NCBI GenBank assembly: GCA_003693705.1
Contig: RBZT01000650.1
Coordinates: 1 to 53,911 of the forward strand
Length of the DNA: 53,911 nucleotides
Source: Polymyxa betae A26-41
Lineage: Eukaryota > Protista > Endomyxa: Phytomyxea
Reading direction: 5' to 3'
Shown here: positions 13,552-24,757 of the stretch, piece after piece
Position numbering within the stretch: the stretch's first letter is position 1
Layout: each line of letters begins with the position of its first letter
Position numbers and translations under genes: made by a program
Notes under the pieces: generated by a model
Databases searched by the model: none
The model's input: only the letters and a program-made list of their open reading frames with translations
What the model was told of the DNA's origin: nothing

Positions 13552-13646
13552 GAGAATGAATGATGAATAAAGCAAATTGTTAGAAGAGTAACAGTGACGG
13601 ACTTATTACACAAAACTTAATTAATTTCTCAGGCTGAATATTTCTC
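13552..13646 (+). ncRNA. Candidate box C/D snoRNA (weak)
   Basis: Box C ATGATGA at 13560-13566, box D CTGA at 13634-13637, and a short terminal GAGAA/TTCTC stem. The pre-D segment ATTTCTCAGG is complementary to the conserved 18S rRNA stretch CCUGAGAAA. Confidence 0.2.
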
Positions 13647-13789
13647 AGACCCATTTCCGGCACTTATTGTTGGATGGAGGGCGTAAATATTAACAGTATC
13701 ACCCGGCGAAAGCTGACCTGTTTGAACAGAAAATCGAATTCTACTTTGGTAGATAGTATAATAAGGATAGATAATTTGCCAATTTGGTA

Positions 13790-15332
13790 CTACTGCTGAG
13801 CTTTCGCCAGCATGGCCTCGCGTTTGGCTTGAAGAGCAGCGGCAAGGTCATCATCGATATAAGCTGTTCCCCTCGAATTCAGCGGCATGCCCTGGTCTCC
13901 ACCGAGCAGCTTCACATCATGCATGTCGTAGAATTTGACAACTTCTTCTTGGTCGTCGTTGGTCACCAATGTCACATTCTCGCCAGCATCGGTCATCTCC
14001 AAGATCCGATACTTTTTGAATTTCGAAACTTGTGGGGCCCAATTCACGATCTCAAGGCGACGGAAAGCAATTTCCGATCCCGACCTCAGCGACTTCAAAT
14101 CGCTGATCGAAGCGATCGATTCACAATGCGCTTGGAATGTGTCATCATCAGACTCGGGGGTGCTGTGCTGCATACCAAAACGACCAAGAGTCCGGGGAGC
14201 GAAAAAGTTGACACCACGAGTGGAGATCGTCTCAAGAAGCGCTGCTTGGTCATCATCCTCGCCCGCATTCATATCAGCATCGAAATCACCGGCCTCAGTT
14301 AACGCTGATCGCACTGCTTCAGATTCCACAGCAGAATCTAACCGCTTTCTTGGACTATCGTGCGAACGCATCTCGACGGCACTATCGTTTGCTGCATCAA
14401 GAGCCTTTTCAGTTTGCGCGTCATCAGGAGTCGACGACTGCTCCAAGACGAGTCCTTGAACAGCATTCAATCTTCTTGGGATACGGATCGGAATAGAATT
14501 AGGCTGCGAGAGCGGCGGAGATTTGAAGAAAAAGCTCCCAAGTTTCTTAGCACGTTCAATACTCTTCCCATCACGTGCAGCACATAAAGGCGTTGCGGTC
14601 TCTGCAGGCACCGCATCCAGATTCCCATCTTTACCATCAAACCGAAAGTGCCCTAAACCGATAACATCAATCAAGCCCAAACAAATTTCAACCTATAATC
14701 AGACCTTTGGGCAAAGCTTTCACAGCGCCTGTAGCCAATGACACGCGAGAAAACGATTGAGGCTGTTGAGATCTAAGTACTGCCGCCGACGGTTTTAACG
14801 TGGATGCAGACTTTGCCGGTTTTGAAGCCATTTCAGGTTGATCGACAGGTTGTGAATTCTCAGAAACCTGATTCATAGCTGGAACATCCGAGTTCGAAGA
14901 GTCGGTGGTAATAGCAACTCCGCCCGGCGATGGTTTCACACTGAGTTTGATCCTTTTCACCTTGGTCTTCTTCGACAGTTTCCGTAAATCGCGCTGCTTC
15001 TGACGACGGGCCCGGTGCCTCTCGATTTTCTTTAAGGCTCGTTCGTCACTCGGCTCAGGTTGCTTGGATGGCTCGGGCTGCTTGGCGGTCACAGCGACGA
15101 TAGTGAGCATATCCTCATCGCGAATAATAGCGGCGCTTTCGCCCTGGTCAATGGTAAAACCACCCAACTCAATCCGCACGCCGATATCTGGGACGCCGGC
15201 GAAATACCGATTACGAATCAGGGCAGAGACATCGGCAATTGTATTCAGGTCTGGCAGCAGAATCAAGCAGGAGCGCGGTAAGGCCAATCCAGTCAAGTCA
15301 CTGGAGAACGACAGTCGAATTCGACGCGTCAT
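13790..15332 (-). CDS. COIL: Coilin (Cajal body scaffold)
   Basis: N-terminal RIRLSF...IELGGFTI..GESAAIIRDEDMLTI matches the Coilin_N pattern. It has a basic NLS-like region and KGHFRFD across a 52-nt intron (14653-14704). The C-terminal Tudor-like segment reads GSEIAFRRLEIVNWAPQVSKFK. Confidence 0.78.
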
Positions 15333-15609
15333 GTCAACGCGTCAACCCAGTCTGTTGCACAGTTAGACTCGCTGACAATGCAACATTGCTTGTGAATCGG
15401 CTGAGCGGGCGCGTCTCTTTAAAAGATGGATTGGGGTGCGCAAAGAAAAAGTCAGAACATTATTTTAAAAAAGCCCGTGGCTTTTCACCAAAGTTTCAAA
15501 AAACAATTTTCTGAAACCTGCCCCTTCGAAGCCGGGCTGCACCGTCACTCAGCAATTCCCTGTTTACGTTAGCAGCTGCTGATTGAATCGTTTCAGAGGC
15601 TGCTTGACG

Positions 15610-18204
15610 ATGTTAGATCATTCTCGATATGAGCTGGTCGAAGGCGCATCGCGAGGCCTTTGTCTTAACCTAGGTGCACCTGGAGGACAGCAGCAGATTC
15701 AGTCTAATGGCGCCAGTTTCGCTACAGAAAATGGCGTCTGGCATTGTCCTTATGCCAGAGGCTTTGGCTATCCATGACCCAGCTGCTGTGTCCACTATCA
15801 ATCTTCACAGCAATAAGATAATCAAGATCGAAGGCCTGCAGAGATTTTCGAATCTGCGCCTTTTGAACTTATCATCAAATCGAATCGACAGCATTATTGG
15901 ATTGACCGGATTGGTTAACTTGGAGTCGTTAAATTTATCGACAAATAGAATCACGATTGTAACTGGCTTAAACGATCTCATTCATTTGAAGAAACTGTTG
16001 TTATCTTATAATGAGATTTCCAGCCTGGTTGGACTAGGACAAGGTTGTTTTCAGCCTACGAATCCCTGTCTTCACACTTTAGAGCTACATGGCAATAACA
16101 TTGCTGATTTCGACCAGTTTCGTTTTCTGGAGCATCTGCATTCTCTGCGCTGCCTGAGTTTACGCAACGAGTCTCACTCTAATCCGATCTGTTGCTTGCC
16201 AAACTACAATAGCGGAATTCAGCAGATTCTGCCACAAATTGCTGTTTTAGACAGCGGATCGCCTGTTTTTTTCACGCCCCGAATCGATAATGCAATGCAA
16301 CTGGTTCGATCGCGATCTCGGCATCCGCCTGATTATTCCCTCTCAGCTGTGGAACATATGATGCAAGAAGCTCGAATCGAATCGCTAGAATCAAAGTTAG
16401 ACATCTTCATGGCGATGCAAGCTGCGGCTAATAAGCAGGCACGCTCAGATGTTGTCCCAGGAGAGCCTTCTTCACCTGTCGCAGAACACAGCTCGTCTTC
16501 CAGGGTGACTTACAAAGACGCCGAGGTCGTCACTGAACACAAAACTGTTGAACAAAAGGATGTCGAGGTTCTTACTGATCAGGACAGAATTGAACTTCGA
16601 AACGTATTAGTCGGTCCTGATGATGAGATTGTGTACAAAGACGCCCAGGTTCTCACAGACCAGAGGATCGAACAAGTTGATGCTGCTGTCCTTGCTGAGT
16701 TTAGAATCGAGAAGAGGAATGCCGAAGTTTTGACCGACGATGATGCCCGGCTGTCGAAAACGCAAGCCGAATTGCAAGATGCTATCTCTCGATTTGCTGC
16801 GATTGAGAATAGCCTGAGAACTCAACTAACATCAGCGCATGATTTCATTAAAGAATCTGCCGTGCAGACCAAAGATACGATGTCCGAAATGAATCAACTT
16901 AAAGAACGCGAAGGAAGTCTGTCGAAGCAACTGGAATCTTCCCGGCGTGTTATTGAGAAGCTACAAATGGCACTTGCTAAGCAAAACGAAGAAGAAAGTG
17001 ACAAATTTTTGGAACTGAAAAAATTGCAGCAAAAAGAAGCATCTCTTTGTAAAGAATTGGAAGAATCTAGACATCTGATAGAAAAGTTAGAGGTCAATTC
17101 AAATCAAATGCAGCGTCAATACGAGAATGAATTAGAGAGACTGAATAGGTACCAGTTAGATCTGGAATCAAACTGTCAGAAATTATCTCAAGATCGAGCT
17201 GCGCTGAAAGAATTGACTAAGAGTGCACTTCAAAAGCAGAAGAAGCTATGCAATGAGATTGAAACTTATAAGCACGGGAAGGAACGCCAAGAACGGGATC
17301 ATGAAACCGCATTAGAATCGCACAAGCAACAAATAAGTGATCTCAAGCGCCAGCTTGATGCGTCTGTTTGTCGTGTCGAATCGCTCAGTCAGAAAGAGTC
17401 GTCATTGGCAGAGGTAGCAGTACCTTGCTTTTACCTTCGGGGTTCTAATAATTGCAGGAAATACAATCTGCAAAATCTACTATCGAGCGACAGTCGATTC
17501 AGATCGCAAATCTCACCGAACGCCTAAGATTGAGCGTTGAAGAGAATCACGATTTGCAATCACAACTTCAGGAATCAAAAGAGTCTGTAATAACGAACAT
17601 GACGGCAAGTGGCAGCTTCTTCCCTATTTGACCTTTTATTGAATTTCATCAGATTTTAGAAGATCATTCGATGCATATTAAGGAACTGAAACGGGTAGTT
17701 CGGGAATTGACTAAGGAGAAGGATGAATGGAGGCATGTAGAAGATTCGTTATATCAGCGCATTGAGGACTACCGAGAACGATGCCATGATGCTGAGAATA
17801 GTTTACGAGATTGTCAAGAAATAATCGAGTCATCCCGAGCTGAAAGCAAAGAGTTTGAATCCGTAGTGAAAGATCTGCAGAAAGAGATTGAGCAACGCGA
17901 TCGTGCAAGAGATTCTATCTTGGATGAGCTAAAGAGCGTTAAAGGTCGATATGATGAAACAATAGATTCGCTTCGCCAGGAAATTGTTTCACTTAAAGCA
18001 AAGCTGAACGAATCTGATTCTGCTGCCATAGAATCACAGTCGAAGGCGAGAGCAGCTCAGGCTCTTGTCGCTGAAGCTAATCAGCAACGAGATGCTGCTT
18101 TATCTCGGTTACGACAGGTCGAAAGCCAAATGCGTATTCTCCTAAGCGAACAAGAACTCAGGAAGCAAGAAGCCAGAAAATTTGCCCGAATTTGGACATC
18201 ATAA
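15610..18204 (+). CDS. SDS22-type LRR plus long coiled-coil protein, LRRCC1/VFL1-like (basal body); start uncertain (15610 or 15707)
   Basis: INLHSNKIIKIEGL, LNLSSNRIDSIIGL and further LRRs with an LRR cap (NPIC..PNY...I...LPQIAVLD), then an extended coiled coil. Two short introns near 17414-17457 and ~17587/17605-17652 link to ORF 17671-18204. Confidence 0.75.
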
Positions 18205-19047
18205 AGTCGACCACGAAAGGAAACATGATGCACACTTCTAGGCCACGTTGGAATGCTTCCGGGCCACTGATCGCGGCGACATTGCAGTCATTTCTTTGGC
18301 AATGCCCACCATGCAAGATTACAGAATCAGACGGTCAGGGCTTCACATATGACGATTACAGACGTTTCACTTCGCTAAATAACAAATCAAGTTATGCAGT
18401 TCTTAGAAATGCAAAGCAAATAGCCTTCCGTCCTAAGTCTGCGATACAGACGTCATAAAACAAACGTTTATAATAAGGGCAGTAACGATTTATTTTGACA
18501 GAACATGGTAATTCCAATCATAGAAAAGTCTGGACAGATAATCCTCTATAAGCAAACATGAGAAGATGTCGGAGAGTTGACTGACACAAGGCCACGCGAA
18601 CGCTTGATGCTCAACATGATGGCCAGAATCAGAAAAACTCCAAAACCTGACCGCTAAGCACCAAAATCGAACGCAATCGTTTGACGACGATCGTAGACCA
18701 TATGCTAATATAGCTCTTCAATCAATTTTGCATCTCGACCCAATAACATAGACAATTTAAGGTGTCCATGTCGTGAAAAGGGTTTCGATGCCGGGCATGC
18801 ACGTACGTGAAATGGCTTCATACGATCGCATCGAAAGATGAAGCTATTGCACTGGGCAGAAGAAACCCAAATGGAATCTGAGAACGTGGGACTGACGAGA
18901 GCACGGCGGACTCTTCCGGCGATACAAAATCCGTAACGCAGTCCGAATCATATTAATGATAGGAATGGGCCTCATATATTCAATTTAGACAGTAATGAGT
19001 AAGTAATCCAAAGAAAATTTAAACAGTGAATCATAGGACGCCTGAAC

Positions 19048-20317
19048 TCAAACGCGTCCATCTTCTTTACGCATGTCCTTTTTCATGAACACTGGTGAAC
19101 TGATTGCAGCTTAACAATATTCCGTCCACTGATAAAAGAGCAGTCAGCAGTACCTATCGATGTCCTTGCGCTTGTACTTTTCTGCTAGATGATGGTTGAA
19201 ATCTCGATGCATACACTGGATTCTTTCAGCAAGCGTAAACATCGTTCAATAATACATCTACCTCATCAGCGCGAACGTGTAAAATCACGTCACGTCTAGA
19301 AACAATGGTTAAAAAGATCTCCAGAAATTCCACATAATAACATACAAGCGAGCGCTTTCAGGAAGATTGTAATATCGCTTAGCAAATTCAGGCACGTCAA
19401 CGTTAGCAAGCGCTCCAGAATCCACTGCTTTCAGATATGCAGTATACGCTGCATGGGCCTCCTCTTCCACTAAGAATCTTTAATTTGCATTAACAAGGAA
19501 GGGATTGAGCAAATTACAGTATCCGACGAGACGATGGGCAGCACGACCAGAAACCGCATAGAGCGCAGAGTACGACAACAGATAGCCGAACTGAGCGCAC
19601 AGGACTAGCCAACGTTCCACTCGGGTCGGTTTCGTAATAAACATCCAGATTAGCAGATGCATGCGTTCGTTTTCTGCTTCTTCCTGAAGCGGATTGATCC
19701 AGCCATTATCTCGATGCATTCCTCTTAAGCTGCGAAGATGACGATGAAACGCCCCAACAATTCCTACACTCTTTAGTCGAGCGCTTTCTTGTTTGAAGAT
19801 ATCGTACCAGGAACAGCTGCGACAGCTTCACAAACATTTAGCATTCGGAATGAATTGAACATAAATGTGTTTACTTTCAAGCACGACGGCATGGTGTCCA
19901 TAACGTTCGCGGAAGAACATGTGGGTGACAACACGAAGACGTCGCATCACGCCGAGTGCCAAACGATCGACCCAATCACGAGGCTCGTAGTGCATTGGGG
20001 CGTCCAGTGACTCCAGTTCTTTCTTGGTGACACTGGCGAGCTTCACTACGCCTTCATGATCAGCAAGCGCCAAAGGGCGATGACGGTTATAGGCTCGAGC
20101 AATCAGAGATTCAGCTTCAGCCGTAATCCCTAAATACAGTATCAGCTCAGACATCAACGGATAACAATTCAGTACAGTGATACGCTGGGTCAGATTGGGT
20201 GGACGACCATCGGCGCGAGAATGTTGCGGCAGCCGGCACAAGAGCTCGTGAAGCCGGTACCAGGGCCCGCGTTGTTGGCGTCAGAGCTCTCCCAAAGGAA
20301 CGACAGACGATAATCAT
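19048..20317 (-). CDS. AOX: Alternative oxidase, mitochondrial
   Basis: Arg/Ser/Ala-rich transit peptide (MIIVCRSFGRALTP...RRWSS). Di-iron motifs: HAVVLE-TVAAVPG, HLRSLR, EEAENERMHL, HRLVGY-VEEEA, VRADE-CMHRDFNH. Several short introns. Confidence 0.96.
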
Positions 20318-20813
20318 GACTTCGAAAGGACAGTAAACCGAACGGTCGATCGAACTAGACAGACTTTGGAAGAGCGGCCCTCTTGTACACTGCTGATAAT
20401 GATACACTGATCCCCTGTGCATTTTTTACGATTAGAAAGGGATGGCTCCGGCTCGAATAACATTAATAAATCCGGGCCTGTGGCGCTTTCTAACAGATAC
20501 AATAAGTGTAAGCAAAGCGTGTCGGTTTTTATTGGATGCAACCACAATTAGTGTCATCACCAAATAAGTCCTCGTTGCTAGAATATGCTCTCGCTTACAG
20601 CAACAATACATTAAAATCAATTTGTTCGAGGGCCCAAAAAGCAGCTTTACAGCATAAAAATGTGTCAAACCGATATTGGAATGCAATGTCAAGAAATTGC
20701 TGCGAAGTGTGTCACTGTAACTATATTCCGGTTTGAAAATAAATCATGTACTGTAGATCGACGCTGCCGTACAGTACAACAATCATAACTTTGTCGCCTA
20801 AATAGCAGGCAAC

Positions 20814-22739
20814 ATGACAAAGGCAGCTGGCGCCCGAAAGCGGGACGCGGAGCAATCTCTACTGCTTCCCAACCCCGACCCCCCGGTTCTGAAGCCTGAA
20901 AACGACCGAACTGACCCAACCTCTGGCGACTGCCACGACATCTTCTTCGCCATCCTCTTCACACTGCAACTAGGCGCCGTTATAACAGCAGGCAGTATGT
21001 TTAACAGATTGGGCCAATGGGGTCACCCCTGAATACTGTCAGCATTGACAATACCCGACTGGCTACGCCAATCGCAGTTGAAACCCAATGAGGAGATCCC
21101 ACTTCAATCACTAACGCCGGTATGGACGATGGTCATCGAGAGGCTTCGTGGGAGCTGATGTAGATGGCAGTTGGTGATTGCGACGACGGCCGCTGTTGCT
21201 TTGTCGACGGCGCTGTTCTTCGCCGCTGTTTGGCTGTATGTGTTGAGGCAGTATGCCCGACAGATTGTGCAGTTATGCCTGGCAATTACCGTCTCAACTT
21301 ATGCTGTAGCTGGGGTTCTGTCCATGGCATTAGGCCAGGTATGTAAATAGAGATCACCTGCAGAGAAACTGATAGCTTCTAGGTGATAATGGGTGTGATC
21401 TTCTTCGCAATTGCTGCCATGACTGCTATATTCTTTCTAGTGGCTCGTTCAAGAATTAAACTGGCTGTTACCACCCTTCAGGTTGGCATTTTGCACTGAT
21501 TATAGTTTGAACTACTCAGTTCATGGCTCAGATCTCTACCTCCATTATAAAATCGCATCCAGGCCCCATTGTTTGGGGATTCTTCGCTTCAGCTATTCTC
21601 TGTCTTTGGGCTTTGCTTTGGGTACACAATTTTACATTTCAAAAGATGGTGTCTTAAGTTGTTTCAGGGCGTGACAGCTCTAAGCGTTGTCTATGCAATC
21701 GCCGAGCGCCATATCTATGGGATGCGTGCCGTTCATCCCGGTCTGACCTTTTTATATATTGTGTCGTTTTTCTGGACGACGGAAGTCTTAATTAATATCA
21801 CACATGTTACTGTAAGTATCCAACTCTTTCAATGATTCTCAATCTAGAAATTTGACAACAACACTGTATCGTTTTTTGACAGCCTTTTGTGAACGTCAGC
21901 TGACACTTTGTTTCGTTTAGACAGCCGGGGTAGTTGCAAGCTGGTGGTTTAGCGGATCTTCACAACATCCAACGATGTCTTCCCTTGGACGCGCTGTAAC
22001 CACATCATTCGGCTCGATCTGTTTTGGGTCGTTGATTGTAGCTATTCTTTCTTCTTTAAGGTACGCATTCTTTAAGAAAATCTGAATTGCGATGACAAAT
22101 GTCAATAGAGCTTTATTGAATGCTGGGAGCGGAAAAGACGAAGATAGAAGCATAATTCAGGTACACAGTAAAAAATCACCCTAAATAGAGTCGAGAACCT
22201 GAATGAAGGTCTTAGGATATTCTGGGCTGCATTCTTGGGATTATAGAAAATATGGTGAAACTTTTCAATGTCTACGTCTTCTCTACAATTGCTATTAATG
22301 GAACGAGTTTCTTAACAGCAAGCAAACAGACAATGGAATTGTTCTCTAAAAGCGGAATTGACCTTATAGTCAATGACGACCTCAGCTCAATGGTATATTT
22401 TGTAATTCACAAAGTCTGCATCTCCGACTCATCATCGTTGCTTTTTAGGTATTGATGATTGGCGCTCTTCCTGGATTGCTAATTACCATGTGCCTGTCTG
22501 CCCTGACGTTGCTGGTTTTCAACGTGCCAACAGACGATTTAATCCCAGCAGCTCTGCTATGCGGAGTGCTCGGTCTTCTTGTTGTCATGACTGTCGTTAG
22601 CGTGCTTCGTAGCTGTGTAGCCACCATCTTCGTCTGCTGGGCGCAAGATCCGGCTGCACTGTATCGCTCACACACGAACCAGTACATTCAATTACGAACA
22701 GCTATGGAGCATATTCGCCCCGAGGCACTCACTCTGTAA
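20814..22739 (+). CDS. Choline transporter-like (CTL/SLC44/PNS1) membrane protein
   Basis: CHDIFFAILF, multiple TM segments, FWTTEVLINITHVT-TAGVVASWWF, RAVTTSFGSICFGSLIVA, FNVYVFSTIAINGTSF..ASK, IVNDDL and VATIFVCWAQDP. Confidence 0.9.
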
Positions 22740-22868
22740 TAAATAGTTATTAGATTGCATTGGGTGGCTGTTTACAGATCATTGCTGGAGCAGAGGCCGC
22801 CTCCAAATCTGCAATGGAAGGCCAGTCTGAGTTCGATTGACGTTACCTGCAGCTTCAGGACAAGATTA

Positions 22869-24733
22869 ATGAGTAGTATCGATGAGATCTATCTAGCACA
22901 GCATCTGTTCGAGCAGCGCCGCTTCCAGGAATGCATGGACCGATGCGGGAAGCTGCTGCAGGCTAACAGCCTGGACCAAGCCGCCTGGTTTCTGAAACTA
23001 CGGGCCATCACCGAACGGGATCTCATTGATGATTCCGATCTCGAGCCTGAAGGCATTGCTGAGATGCTGCTTGATGAGAACGCCCTAGCTGGGGATTCTG
23101 CTCGTCCTGGAACTTCATTGCAGCGTCCGTTGACAGCAGCACAAGGATTACGTCCCATGACTGGAATGCAACGATTAAACACAGGGTTCGCACGCCCAAC
23201 CACCACGTATAGATATTGGCTTTTCCCGTTCTGTAAATCAGCTAAATATTTTAATAGGGCGAGACTGGGGACGGCTACCGATAGTGTAAAGCAGACTTTG
23301 CAATCAGGCCGTCCCGGAACATCTAGACCCATAACCGTGGCTGGAAGACAAATCCGGCTAGGGACCCAATCAATGCTTCTTGCTGCAGACAATGATAACT
23401 TTATTAACTCGATGCAAATAGACATTGAAAAGTTCACAAAACGCCCCGTAAGTTCTTGATTCGGGGTTATCGGATCCGCTTACATAGGTTTAGGCATTGG
23501 CGATGTCTCTATGCGATTATCTCTTGTACGTTGACCACAACCCGAAGAAGGTTGGACTCATTTTCACGAACATTGCCCAAAAATGTTTACAACACGATTT
23601 TGGCCAGGCTCTGGAACTTGCAATCGTCTGCGTTAAGACAGCCAGTGAAGCCAAATGGTGGTGGCATTCCAGGGCAGGCAAAGCATATTACCAGATGGGA
23701 ATGTTTCGGGAAGCTCAGTCTCACTTCAAGTACGAATCAGCTGTTTACAAGATGTTGCTGGCTCATGATTGTTGATAGGCTGTCATTGCAGAATCAGGAA
23801 ATGGTATCCGTCATGATCGATTTGGGAAAAGTGTTTCTCCGCATGGATCAACCTAATAGCGCCCTGGATACTTATCAACGAGGATTGGACTCACATCCAG
23901 GCGAAACAATACTATATCTGGTAAGCGCTAGGGTCCATCAAACGCTGAACGATTTTGAAAAGGCAGGCGAATTCTTGCGAAAGGTGGCCTTTGTGTCTAT
24001 ATTGAATGCCACTTTATCAATGAGTTTCAATCAGGTTTTACAACGCGATGCTTCAAATGTCGAAGCCATCGCAAGTATTGCTGGCCATTACTTTTATAGC
24101 GACCAGCCTGAGATTGCATTACGGTTCTATCGCCGATTGCTTCAGATGGGTGTCAACAACGCAGAGCTGTGGGCGAATATTGGTTTATGCTGTTTCTACT
24201 GCTCGCAGTATGATATGACCTTATCGTGTTTTGAGCGAGCCCTGTCGTTAGCTGACGACTCCAATATGGCAGACGTTTGGTATGTGGACATCATGACGCA
24301 TCCGAAACTGGTATTAACTGGGACTCATTACAGGTATAATATCAGCCATATTGCCATCGGAATAGGCGATCTCTCCCTAGCAATCCAGGCCTTAAAGATT
24401 TGTATCTCCATCGATGCAAATCACGCCGAAGCCTTCAATAACCTGGGCGTGCTCGAACTTCGAAGAGGCTCACGTCAACAAGCCTGTTCCTATTTCGAGA
24501 TTGCTTCAGATCTGGCGAATTTCCATTTTGAGCCTTTTTTCAACTCAGGTACGCCCACATATGCAGCAACGAAATTAATTCAAAAATACGTATCATTAGC
24601 GCTGGTTTCGGAGGCAGTAGGAGATCGTCAAAAGAGTTGGGACATGGTTTCCAAAGCTCTGAAGGCGCTCCCGCAACATCCTGATTCACTCGAGCTGAAA
24701 GATCGGTTGATAAACGAATTTATTTCAGCTTGA
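22869..24733 (+). CDS. BBS8: BBSome subunit BBS8/TTC8 (TPR protein)
   Basis: DQAAWFLK, EGIAEMLLDENA...RPGTSL.RP, GFARP, R.IRLGT.SML, YVDHNPKKALELA, EAIASIA..YFYSDQPEIALRFYRRLLQMGV..AELW.N.GLCCFY..QYDM and HAEAFNNLGVLE. Confidence 0.96.
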
Positions 24734-24757
24734 TAAAAGTTATGTATCATCATAGAG

